Of a stretch of 45,915 bases of DNA, positions 8,598 to 17,368 are shown piece after piece. The first letter of the stretch is position 1. Every line of letters starts with the position of its first letter. The DNA is from Candidatus Sumerlaeia bacterium. Its GTDB lineage: Bacteria; Sumerlaeota; Sumerlaeia; SLMS01. The notes under the pieces were generated by a model. It was not told where the DNA came from. It made no database searches and saw only the letters and a list, made by a program, of their open reading frames with translations. The stretch is from positions 1 through 45,915 of the forward strand of contig JBBQYG010000009.1 of assembly GCA_038208905.1 (NCBI GenBank), read 5' to 3'. Both the position numbers and the translations under genes were made by a program.

Positions 8598-9092
8598 ATG
8601 GCTGCGCTACTCAAAGGTTCACACCCACAAACCGTCGACGACCGCGGAAGGCTTGCTATCCCGTTTAAGCTCCTCGAATCCCTGCGGGAGTTGGCCGGGG
8701 CAAAAGAAGGTGAGGATGTGGAAGTTTGTGTCGGCATCTCTGACCGTGGCTGTCTAGCGGTGTTCCCCAAGCCGCTGGCGGAAGAGACCCTCGGCAATGT
8801 TGAGGGCTCGGCAAAGGTTCGCCAGGACTTCTTCAACCTCCTCGCGTCCACCTGCAATTACCTCGATGATCAGGTGCTCGACAAGCAGAATAGGTTCCGG
8901 GTGAGTTCGCTCTACAGCGAGGAGATGGGACTGACGGGCGAAGTTGTGGTGATGGGTAGCGGCTGGTATCTGGAAGTTGTGAGCAAAGCCCAGTGGCGCG
9001 AGATTCTGGCGAAGTCGCTCTCGTCCCGGAATGATCAGAGCGCGAAGCTCAAGGAGTACATGTACCCGGAGGCGAGTGCGGCGGGGAAGTGA
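8598..9092 (+). CDS. mraZ: Division/cell wall cluster transcriptional regulator MraZ
   Basis: Start MAALLKGSH; two SpoVT/AbrB repeats (VDDRGRLAIP, LDKQNRFRV), VVVMGSGWYLEV; first gene of the dcw cluster. Confidence 0.9.
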   Translation: MAALLKGSHPQTVDDRGRLAIPFKLLESLRELAGAKEGEDVEVCVGISDRGCLAVFPKPLAEETLGNVEGSAKVRQDFFNLLASTCNYLDDQVLDKQNRFRVSSLYSEEMGLTGEVVVMGSGWYLEVVSKAQWREILAKSLSSRNDQSAKLKEYMYPEASAAGK

Positions 9093-9177
9093 GATTTGCC
9101 GGACGAGCGCCGGGCCACAAGCCCAGGACGCCACGGCCAGAAGTATCGCGCAAGCGGCGCGGCGAGGTGGCAAGACA

Positions 9178-10149
9178 GTGCGGTATCACGAGCCTGTCAT
9201 GCTGGTGGAAGTCCTCGCGGCGCTCTCCCTTCAGTTTGGGGAGACGGCAGCCGACGGAACTCTTGGTTCCGCGGGCCATGCCCTCCACATCGCCGAACGG
9301 ATCGGCGCAACGGGGCGGCTGCTGGGGTTGGATCGTGATCCGGAGATGCTCCGCGTCGGCGGCGGGCGACTCCGGGAGGCGCTGGGCGAGGACGGACCGG
9401 AGGTGCGGCTTTTCGCGCGGCCCTACGAGGAAATCGGCGCCGCGCTGGCCGAGGCGGGTTGGGGTGGGGCGGACGCGGTGATGCTGGACCTGGGGATCAA
9501 TAGTCTCCAGCTCGAAGACCCGGAGCGCGGCTTCTCGTTCTCCAAGGACGGACCTCTCGAAGGGTTGTTCAACGCAGCGGAAGGAATTCAGACTGTGGGC
9601 GAACTGGTCAACAGCGCGAGCGAAGCGGAACTGACGCGGATCTTGCGCGACTACGCCGACGAGCGCCTCGCCCGCCCGATCGCCCGGCGCATTGTGAACC
9701 ATCGCGCCACGGAGCCGCTTCGCCGCACGTCGGAACTCGCCGCGCTGGTTGCCTCTGTCTATCCGCCCGCGGAGCGCCACGGCCGCATCCACCCCGCGAC
9801 GCGCGCGTTTCAGGCGCTGCGTATCGCCGCCAACGACGAGATGGGCGCGGTCGAGCGCGGTGTGCGCGCGTGCATGGAGTGCCTCGCGCCACTTGGCCGC
9901 CTTGCGGTGATCGGCTTTCATTCCACGGAGTTGCGCATCGTGAAGGGCCTGTTCCGCGAGGCCACGGCGCCGCGCCCGGATCCGTCGAATCCCTACTCGG
10001 CCACAACCACCGAGGGCGTGACGTTCGAGGAAGTTTTCCACGGCTCCATCGAGTGCGGCGAGGAAGAGGCCGCGCGGAACCCGCGCGCCCGGAGCGCAAA
10101 GCTCCGCGCCATCCGCAGGAAGGAGGCGGGCGATGTCGGTATCCGGTGA
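9178..10149 (+). CDS. rsmH: 16S rRNA m4C1402 methyltransferase RsmH (MraW)
   Basis: HEPVML, DGTLGSAGH, DLGINSLQLEDPERGFSF, IHPATRAFQALRIAAN, NPRARSAKLR. GTG start at 9178 is estimated. Confidence 0.95.
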   Translation: MRYHEPVMLVEVLAALSLQFGETAADGTLGSAGHALHIAERIGATGRLLGLDRDPEMLRVGGGRLREALGEDGPEVRLFARPYEEIGAALAEAGWGGADAVMLDLGINSLQLEDPERGFSFSKDGPLEGLFNAAEGIQTVGELVNSASEAELTRILRDYADERLARPIARRIVNHRATEPLRRTSELAALVASVYPPAERHGRIHPATRAFQALRIAANDEMGAVERGVRACMECLAPLGRLAVIGFHSTELRIVKGLFREATAPRPDPSNPYSATTTEGVTFEEVFHGSIECGEEEAARNPRARSAKLRAIRRKEAGDVGIR

Positions 10150-10597
10150 GCATCTGATTGGCGGATCGGGATCCGGCGCGCGCCGCCGCAAGATGCGCGC
10201 GGCGGAGGAGCTTCCTCCCCCGATGATCGGGCTGCGCTTCGTCGCCGTGCTGGTGGTCGTCGGCGGCTGCTTCCTGGCGCTGGGGATGTGGCGCGTTGGG
10301 ATGGTCTTTGCCGCGAGGGATTTCGAGATGGAGGCGAGCCGGTTGCAGGTCCTGGCGGAGCAGCGCCGCGACCGGGCAAAGGGCCTGGCGACGCGCATCA
10401 GCGCCCTGCAGCGCGGAGAGGTGCTGCGCGGCGCGGCGGAGGGCACGCTGGGCATGGCGCCCGCGGAGCCCGGCAGCATGGACACCCTGGATATTTCCGC
10501 CGAGTCGGTGGCGCGCTGGCGCGCCGCGGCCGAGGCCGCGAGAGTAGGAACCGCCATCACGCCCAAGGAGGAGAAGCAAACTCTCGAAGGGGGTTGA
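10133..10597 (+). CDS. ftsL: Cell division protein FtsL-like (single TM + coiled coil)
   Basis: Position between rsmH and ftsI; basic N-terminus, one TM helix, coiled coil, A...LGM motif. Confidence 0.7.
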   Translation: MSVSGEHLIGGSGSGARRRKMRAAEELPPPMIGLRFVAVLVVVGGCFLALGMWRVGMVFAARDFEMEASRLQVLAEQRRDRAKGLATRISALQRGEVLRGAAEGTLGMAPAEPGSMDTLDISAESVARWRAAAEAARVGTAITPKEEKQTLEGG

Positions 10598-10608
10598 AGA
10601 ATGACCCC

Positions 10609-10959
10609 TCTCCGGCGCGGTCAGGCCAGGCATCGGTTTGATGACGCTGCATTCCATCGCTTCGACGCGGAGACTCGACCTCTCCGTCCGACGCCCCCGG
10701 AAGCGGCAGAACTTCCCGAGTCCCGATATTGCTCCACGTGTCCCGCTATCGTTCGCTCCAGCTACACGCATCCCGCATCCTGATCCGCTCCCTGTAAACT
10801 TTGCCGCTTCCGAACCCGTTCCCGTTGAGTTGTCGATTCCCGTTCCCACTGGTTCCGAAGCGATGAAGCGGCGTCCCGATCAACCGAGTGCCCACTTAGC
10901 CTTGCCGGCCTGAGGTTGTTTTGTTGATCGGCGGATGCCTGGCCTGACCGGGCCGGAGA
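10609..10959 (+). ncRNA. Candidate structured RNA / inverted-repeat-bounded element between ftsL and ftsI
   Basis: Nested stems: 10609-10634/10934-10959 (25/26 complementary); 10643-10664/10856-10875; 10876-10884/10923-10931; 10667-10673/10681-10687; 10698-10710/10800-10812. G-U pairs favour the + strand. Confidence 0.55.
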
Positions 10960-11084
10960 AAACACAGAGAGAGCCGTCCACCACCACAGGCGATTTCATA
11001 CCCGTTACAGCTCCAGCCGCTCTGCTCCCCTTCCTGTTCCCGCTCCCCGTTTCCTCCGCCACCCGCTCTCCCCGATTTGCTCCG

Positions 11085-13118
11085 ATGTCGCTCAAGAAAA
11101 CCCACAGACTCCGCGTCGTTCTCCTCGCCGGCATTTTCCTCGGCCTTGCGGGGGCGGTGGGCGCCCGCCTCTACCAATTGCAAGTTGCGGACCATGATCA
11201 CTACGTCCGCCGGGCGCAGGGCCAACAGACCAAGCGCATTGTTATCCAGCCAGAACGCGGCAGCATCGTTGACCGCGCCGGGCACGCGCTCGCCCAGAGC
11301 ACCGGCCGCGTTACTCTCTACGTCAATCCCGCCTTCTCGAAGGGCAGCCGTCTGGCTGGCCGCACGTCGGTCATCGCCGGCGCCATCGCCACGGAGACCA
11401 ACCAGGACGCCGACGCGATCCGCGCGAAACTGGAGGGGAGCGCGACCGTCGCCATCGCGCGGCGCCTCCGGCCAGAGAGCGCCCGCCGGCTTACCGACCT
11501 CCTCGCGTCGGAGGACATCGACAGCCGCCACTACTGGCTCGACCGCGAGTCGATCCGCCTCTATCCGCGCCACCTCGCCGCCGCGGCGATCGGCTTCTGC
11601 CGCCGCGACGCCACTGGCGACAATGAAGGGATCGCGGGCCTCGAGCTCTTCTACAACGAGGAACTGAAGGGGACGCTGGTCGAGGCGCGGACGCGCCGCA
11701 CGGGAATCAGCCAGACGATCCAGCCGTGGGAGCCCGATGACCTGCTCAAGGCCCAGGGCAACACGCTGGTTCTCACCATCGACTCCGGCATTCAGGAGGC
11801 TATGGAGGACACGCTCGCGCGAACCATCGAGCAGTTTCAGGCTGCCTCCGCGGGGGCCATCGTCATGGACGTGCACACCGGCGGCATCATCGCGATGGCA
11901 AGTCTGCCCTCCTTCGACAACAACGCGTTCGGCACCGCGCCCCCGGAAAATTTGCGGAACCGCTTGCTGACGGATCCGCTCGAAACGGGCTCCGTGGTTA
12001 AGTTGTTCACCGCGGCGATGCTTCTCGATCAGGGTCTTGTCTCCCCCGAAACACTCATCGATTGCGAGGGTGGCTTTGCGATCGTCGATGGCCGCCGCCT
12101 TCGGGACTCGCCGGGCCACGTGCTGCACGTGGCTACATTCCGCGAGACGATGCGCTGGTCCTCCAACGTCGGAATCGTCAAGGCGGCACAGGCGCTTGAG
12201 AACGGCCCCTGGTACGATTCGCTGCGCGCGATGAACTTCGGGGCGCCCACGGGAATCGATCTTCCGGGTGAGGGCTCCGGAATCCTCTACCCGCTCGAGC
12301 GCTGGACAAAATTCTCCAGAACTTCGCTACCAATGGGTTACGAAATCGCGATGACGCCGGTGCAGATCACGGCGGCGCTCGCGGCGATGGTGAACGGCGG
12401 GCGATACTTCGAGCCCCACCTCGTCGCGGAGGTCCGCGATCCGCGCGGCAACCTCGTCCGCCGCCACAGCTCCGAGCCCGCCCGCCAGGTGATCCGCCCC
12501 ACCACCAGCGCCATCATGCGCGACCTGATGGAGGACGTGGTTGCCATTGGGACCGGCAAGAAGGCGGGCGTTCCCGGCTATCGCGTGGGCGGAAAAACAG
12601 GAACCACCCGGAAATCCGACATCTTCGACAGGCGAGAGTACATCGCGAGCTTTGGCGGCGCCCTGCCCATGCAGGACCCGCGCGTTGCCGTGTATGTCTA
12701 TATAGACGCTCCCCAAGGCGAGTACTACGCCTCGGTGGTGGCCGCGCCCGCGTTTCAGGAGATCGCCCGAGCCACCGTGCTGCATCTCGGCATCGCGCCG
12801 ACCGAGGAAATCGCGGCCACGCCATCCAAGGCCATGCCGCCGATGCCCATCGCCGTCGGCGCGGAGACGGGGTTGCCGATTCCCGTGGCCGCGGGGCGGA
12901 TGCCCGATCTGCGCGGACTCTCGATGGCCGAGGTTCGCGCCGTACTTCCCCGCGAGGCGCAGCGCGTGCGCCTCCTCGGCAGCGGGTCGCTCACCGACCA
13001 GTATCCCGCCGTTGGGGATGTCGTGAATCAGGACACGGAGTTGGTGCTGCATTTCTCGGACCCCTCGCGGGCCGAGCCGATCGAGGCCGCCGCCGCGGCA
13101 GAAGGAAACTCCCGATGA
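11085..13118 (+). CDS. ftsI: Peptidoglycan D,D-transpeptidase FtsI (PBP3) with C-terminal PASTA domain
   Basis: Start MSLKKTHRLR followed by a TM helix; RGSIVDR; SxxK (GSVVK), SxN (SSN) and KTG motifs; MPDLRGLS PASTA domain. Confidence 0.95.
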   Translation: MSLKKTHRLRVVLLAGIFLGLAGAVGARLYQLQVADHDHYVRRAQGQQTKRIVIQPERGSIVDRAGHALAQSTGRVTLYVNPAFSKGSRLAGRTSVIAGAIATETNQDADAIRAKLEGSATVAIARRLRPESARRLTDLLASEDIDSRHYWLDRESIRLYPRHLAAAAIGFCRRDATGDNEGIAGLELFYNEELKGTLVEARTRRTGISQTIQPWEPDDLLKAQGNTLVLTIDSGIQEAMEDTLARTIEQFQAASAGAIVMDVHTGGIIAMASLPSFDNNAFGTAPPENLRNRLLTDPLETGSVVKLFTAAMLLDQGLVSPETLIDCEGGFAIVDGRRLRDSPGHVLHVATFRETMRWSSNVGIVKAAQALENGPWYDSLRAMNFGAPTGIDLPGEGSGILYPLERWTKFSRTSLPMGYEIAMTPVQITAALAAMVNGGRYFEPHLVAEVRDPRGNLVRRHSSEPARQVIRPTTSAIMRDLMEDVVAIGTGKKAGVPGYRVGGKTGTTRKSDIFDRREYIASFGGALPMQDPRVAVYVYIDAPQGEYYASVVAAPAFQEIARATVLHLGIAPTEEIAATPSKAMPPMPIAVGAETGLPIPVAAGRMPDLRGLSMAEVRAVLPREAQRVRLLGSGSLTDQYPAVGDVVNQDTELVLHFSDPSRAEPIEAAAAAEGNSR

Positions 13119-14671
13119 ATCCGCGTCGCGCCATGGCGCTAAAGGAACTGCTGGCCGAGGCCCGCGTCAGCCCGGTGGACCTTGCGGGGAATCCCGAGGT
13201 CGTCGTGACGGGAATTGCCGTCGATTCCCGCGTCATCGGCCGCAACGAGATGTTCGTCGCGCTTCCCGGCACCCGGACCGACAGCCACATGATGGTACGC
13301 GACGCGGTTGCCGCTGGCGCCAGCGCCTTGCTGGTCGAGCGCGAGGTCGAGCAGTTCCCCGGCGTCGCCACCGTGCGCGTAATGAGCACGCGCGCCGCCC
13401 TCGGCCCGCTGGCCCACGCAATCCACCGCCACCCCGCGCGCGCCATGATCGTCTGCGGCATCACGGGTACCAACGGCAAGACGACCACCAGCCACCTCGC
13501 CGCGCATATCCTTGAAACGGCGGGCTATCGCCCCGGAGTCGTTGGAACGCTCGGCGCGAAGTTCGCCGATCAGTTCATCCCGCTCGAAAACACCACGCCG
13601 GGCCCGATCGAGCTGGCCGACATCTTTCGCCGCATGGACGACGCGCGGATCGATTGCGTGGCGATGGAGTGCAGCAGCCACGCCATCGACCAGGCGCGCA
13701 TCGGCGGCATTTCCTTCCGGTGCGGCGTGATGCTGGGGATCACCCAGGACCATCTTGACTACCACGGTACTTTCGAGAAGTACGTGCAGGCGAAGGTTCG
13801 CCTCTTCGAGGAGTACGTCGCCTCCACGCCCGGCTCTGTCTCGTGCTTCAACTACGACGATCCGGTGGGCGAGAAGCTTTGCGGCGAGTGGAGCGGTCAC
13901 CTCGTCGGCTTCTCCCGCGAGGCCGATTCTCCCGTCGCGGTGCGTGCCGAGGAACCGGTCTTCTCGCCGCGCGGCACGGCGTTCACGCTCGTCATCGACG
14001 GGCGCCGCGCCAAGGTGGAGAGCCCGCTTCCCGGCGACTTCAACCTGACCAACATGCTCGCGGCCTCCGCCGCGGCCCACAGCCTCGGCGTCTCCATCGA
14101 GACAATCGCGGGCGCGCTGGCGAAAGCGCCGCCGGTGGCGGGCCGCTTCGAGTTCATCCCCGGCGAGCATCCCCTCAGCGTGATCGTGGACTATGCCCAC
14201 ACATCCGATGCGCTGATGCGCGCGCTGCGCACCGCGCGGAGGCTGTGCGCCAACCGCCTCATCGTGGTTTTCGGCTGTGGCGGCGATCGCGATCGCGGCA
14301 AGCGCCCGTTGATGGGCCGCGTGGCCGGCGACTACGCCGACTATGCGATCATCACCAGCGACAACCCCCGCTCCGAGGAGCCCGCCGCCATCGCCCGCCA
14401 GGTTCTGGAGGGCGTTCTCGGCAGCCACCTCAAGACCGGCCAGCATCAGGTGGTCCATGACCGCCGCGTGGCCATCGACCGCGCCATCCGCATGGCCGGG
14501 CTGGGCGATGTGGTGATGATCGCCGGCAAGGGACACGAGGACTATCAGGAGATTGCCGGTCGCCGCGTTCACTTCGACGACCGCGAGGAGGCTCGCCGCG
14601 TGCTGGCGGAAATCTCCGGAGACTTTGCCGCGCGAGAGCAGAACGACATCCCGATGGAGCACCACGCATGA
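13115..14671 (+). CDS. murE: UDP-MurNAc-L-Ala-D-Glu--2,6-diaminopimelate ligase
   Basis: GITGTNGKTTT, NTTPG, QDHLDYH, VDYAHT, FGCGGDRD, DAP-type DNPR motif, AGKGHE. Confidence 0.97.
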   Translation: MNPRRAMALKELLAEARVSPVDLAGNPEVVVTGIAVDSRVIGRNEMFVALPGTRTDSHMMVRDAVAAGASALLVEREVEQFPGVATVRVMSTRAALGPLAHAIHRHPARAMIVCGITGTNGKTTTSHLAAHILETAGYRPGVVGTLGAKFADQFIPLENTTPGPIELADIFRRMDDARIDCVAMECSSHAIDQARIGGISFRCGVMLGITQDHLDYHGTFEKYVQAKVRLFEEYVASTPGSVSCFNYDDPVGEKLCGEWSGHLVGFSREADSPVAVRAEEPVFSPRGTAFTLVIDGRRAKVESPLPGDFNLTNMLAASAAAHSLGVSIETIAGALAKAPPVAGRFEFIPGEHPLSVIVDYAHTSDALMRALRTARRLCANRLIVVFGCGGDRDRGKRPLMGRVAGDYADYAIITSDNPRSEEPAAIARQVLEGVLGSHLKTGQHQVVHDRRVAIDRAIRMAGLGDVVMIAGKGHEDYQEIAGRRVHFDDREEARRVLAEISGDFAAREQNDIPMEHHA

Positions 14672-16101
14672 ACTTTACCCTGGCGGAACTTGCCGAGGCG
14701 TCGCGGGGGCGCCTTCTTTCTGGAAACCCGCGCCGCATCGTGCGCCGCATCGGAACCGACACGCGCATCCTGCGCGCGAGCGAGTGCTTCCTCGCGCTCG
14801 ACGGAAAGAACTATCGCGGGTCGGAGTTCATCGACCAGGCCATCGCCAAGGGCGCCGCCGGCGTGATCACCACGATGACGGCCCCGCCCGAGGGCTTTCC
14901 ATCGGAGCGCTTCTTCATCAGCGTGGACGACACGACCACGGCCCTTGGCGACATCGCGCGCGAGTGGCGCATGATCGTGGATCCCACGGTCTGCGCGATC
15001 ACGGGCTCTTCGGGGAAGACAACCACGAAGGAAATGCTGAGCTTCATTTGCCGCCGCCGCTTCAAGCACCTCGCCACCGACGGGAACTTCAACAACCTCA
15101 TCGGCCTTCCCCTCACGCTGCTGCGCCTCAAGGAGGAGCATGAGGTCGCCATCGTGGAGACGGGGATGAACATGCCGGGAGAGCTGACGCGCCTTGGCGA
15201 GATCTGCATTCCCGACATCTCCATCATTACCAACATCGGCAACGCCCACATCGGCAACTTCGGCAGCGTGGAGAACCTGATCCGCGCCAAGGCCGAGCTG
15301 TTCGAGGCGACACCGCGCGACGGCACCGCGATCATCAACGCCGACTGCCCCCATGCCTCGATCATGGCGGAGGCCTTCAAGATTCCCGAGATGGTGATCA
15401 GCTATGGCCAGGGCGACCAGGCCGACGTTCAGGCCCGCAACGTCCGCCTGCTGGATCCCTACGGCTATGAATTCGAGCTACGCATCCTGGACTCGCGCCA
15501 TCGCGTGCGGCTGGACGTATTCGGGCGCTACCAGGTTTCCAACGCCCTCGCGGCGGCGGCGGCGGCGGCGGCGCTCGGCGTGGAACCGGCGGAAATCGCC
15601 GAGCGCCTCTGCGAGTTCCACGCGCCCTCCATGCGCGCCCAGACCGAGTGGCTCGACGGCGCTCTCGTCATCAGCGACTGCTACAACGCATCGCCCGACG
15701 CCACCATGGCCAGCCTGCGCTCGCTGGCCGACATTGCCGGCCTCAGCCGCCGCTACGCGGTGCTGGGAGACATGCTGGAACTCGGCGACCAGGTGGAGAA
15801 GTTCCATCGCCGCGTCGGCATCGCCGCCGCCGAGGCCCAGATCGATTTCCTCTGCACAATCGGCGCCAACTCCGAGTTCATCCGCGAGGAAGCCGAGCGC
15901 CTTGGCATCGCCGCGCGGCACTTCGCATCGGCGGACGAAGTGGCCGAGTTCCTGGACCGCAAGCTGCGCGCGGGCGACGGGCTGCTGGTCAAGGGATCCC
16001 GCGGGATGAAGCTGGAGCAGGTGCTCCTCCGCCTGAGGGAAATGCGCTCCGCCGTCCGCAGCGGCGACGTCGTCCCCATCTCCTGCGTGGAGGGAATCTA
16101 G
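14668..16101 (+). CDS. murF: UDP-MurNAc-tripeptide--D-Ala-D-Ala ligase
   Basis: AITGSSGKTTTKE, GNFNNLIGLPLTL, ETGMN..GE, DCYNASP, LGDMLELG, KGSRGMKLE. Confidence 0.97.
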   Translation: MNFTLAELAEASRGRLLSGNPRRIVRRIGTDTRILRASECFLALDGKNYRGSEFIDQAIAKGAAGVITTMTAPPEGFPSERFFISVDDTTTALGDIAREWRMIVDPTVCAITGSSGKTTTKEMLSFICRRRFKHLATDGNFNNLIGLPLTLLRLKEEHEVAIVETGMNMPGELTRLGEICIPDISIITNIGNAHIGNFGSVENLIRAKAELFEATPRDGTAIINADCPHASIMAEAFKIPEMVISYGQGDQADVQARNVRLLDPYGYEFELRILDSRHRVRLDVFGRYQVSNALAAAAAAAALGVEPAEIAERLCEFHAPSMRAQTEWLDGALVISDCYNASPDATMASLRSLADIAGLSRRYAVLGDMLELGDQVEKFHRRVGIAAAEAQIDFLCTIGANSEFIREEAERLGIAARHFASADEVAEFLDRKLRAGDGLLVKGSRGMKLEQVLLRLREMRSAVRSGDVVPISCVEGI

Positions 16102-16105
16102 GCCG

Positions 16106-17260
16106 ATGCTGCACTACCTCGGCTCGAGGATTTCGGCGGATTCGCCGTTCTCGTTCCTTCGGGTACTGGAGTATATCTCCGTGCGCGCCGGGCTGGCCCT
16201 TATTTTCTCGTTCCTGTTCTGCCTCCTGCTGGGGCCCGCGATGATCCGGATGCTCAAGCGGATGCAGGCAATCCAGTATATACGCAAGTCCGAGGGCGAG
16301 GGCGCCATCAGCCTCGACGAGATGCACAAGGGGAAGAAGGGGACGCCCAGCATGGGCGGGCTCCTGATCTTCGGCGCGATCCTGTCGTCGGCGCTCCTCT
16401 TCGTCAGCTTCTCCTCGGCGGTTGCCTGGCTCGCCATCTTCGCGGCCACGGGCTTCTGCGCGCTGGGCTTTGCCGACGACTACCTGAAGGCGGTGAAGAA
16501 GAACAACGCCGGGCTCTCCGCGCGCAAGAAGCTGGTGGGCCAGATCGCCATCGGCATCGCCTTCGCCGCCATCTTTGCCTACGCGATTCCCGGCGTCGTG
16601 AGCTACAACCCCGTTCCCGGCGACGCGGCGGCGGCGATCGAGGGGCCCGCGTTCTTCCTGCTCCCCTTCGCCAAGCACGCGGTGATCGCCCTCGGCGTCC
16701 TGTACATTCCATTCGCCGTGCTCGTTCTCACGGCCACCAGCAACGCGGTCAACCTGACCGACGGGCTGGATGGGCTGGCGGCGGGCGTCACGATCTCCGC
16801 GACGGTCTGCTTCGCGGTAGTGGCCTATCTCGCGGGCCGCACAGTTGATTCCAGCTATCTGTATATCCCGTATGTCCAGGGCGCAGGGGAACTCACCGTG
16901 ATCCTCGCATCGCTCACGGGCGCGTGCTTTGGCTTCCTGTGGTTCAACGCCCACCCGGCGGAGATGTTCATGGGAGACACGGGCTCGATGATGCTGGGCG
17001 GCCTGCTGGGCAGCGTGGCGCTGCTGGTCAAGCAAGAGTTCCTGCTCCTCCTCGTCGGCGGCGTCTTCGTGGCCGAGGCGGCCAGCGTCATCCTCCAGGT
17101 TGGCTCCTACAAGCTGCGCAAGAAGCGCATCTTCCGCATGGCCCCGCTGCATCACCACTTCGAGCGCGGCGGCGTCCCGGAGAGCAAGATCATCGCACGA
17201 TTCTGGATCGTGTCGGCGCTGCTCGCGCTCGCCGGTCTCGTCACACTCAAGATAAGGTAA
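16106..17260 (+). CDS. mraY: Phospho-N-acetylmuramoyl-pentapeptide transferase
   Basis: KGTPSMGG, DDYLK, NAVNLTDGLDGL, FMGDTGS, RMAPLHHHFE. Confidence 0.98.
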   Translation: MLHYLGSRISADSPFSFLRVLEYISVRAGLALIFSFLFCLLLGPAMIRMLKRMQAIQYIRKSEGEGAISLDEMHKGKKGTPSMGGLLIFGAILSSALLFVSFSSAVAWLAIFAATGFCALGFADDYLKAVKKNNAGLSARKKLVGQIAIGIAFAAIFAYAIPGVVSYNPVPGDAAAAIEGPAFFLLPFAKHAVIALGVLYIPFAVLVLTATSNAVNLTDGLDGLAAGVTISATVCFAVVAYLAGRTVDSSYLYIPYVQGAGELTVILASLTGACFGFLWFNAHPAEMFMGDTGSMMLGGLLGSVALLVKQEFLLLLVGGVFVAEAASVILQVGSYKLRKKRIFRMAPLHHHFERGGVPESKIIARFWIVSALLALAGLVTLKIR

Positions 17261-17368
17261 GGAGAAACCGCCCACCCAATCGACATCGAATTTTGCGGAA
17301 GTGGTACCCGCTGAAAGCTCGCTCCCGTTCCCGCTCGTAGTTCCCAGACCACCCGAGAGGTTCCGCCA

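Noticed and set aside
10638-10913. 91-aa Pro-rich ORF sitting between the inverted repeats
   Set aside because: No SD, codon usage unlike host genes, and the Pro content is explained by the CCCG repeats. Not called, though not strictly excluded.
10609-10959. RNase P RNA or group II intron
   Set aside because: Size fits rnpB, but GAGGAAAGTCC and the 3' conserved P4 strand were not found on either strand; no domain V-like hairpin.
10589-10986. tmRNA (GGGGG at 10589 ... TCCACCA at 10977)
   Set aside because: No acceptor-stem complementarity, no T-arm (GGTTCRA) before the CCA, and no tag-like reading frame.
10935-11084. Extended ftsI N-terminus given by the ORF track
   Set aside because: The ATG lies inside the right arm of the inverted repeat and translates low-complexity leader; the Met at 11085 gives a normal basic tail plus TM.
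15550-15573. (GCG)n trinucleotide run in murF
   Set aside because: Encodes the normal Ala-rich NALAAAA helix of Mur ligases and is in frame.
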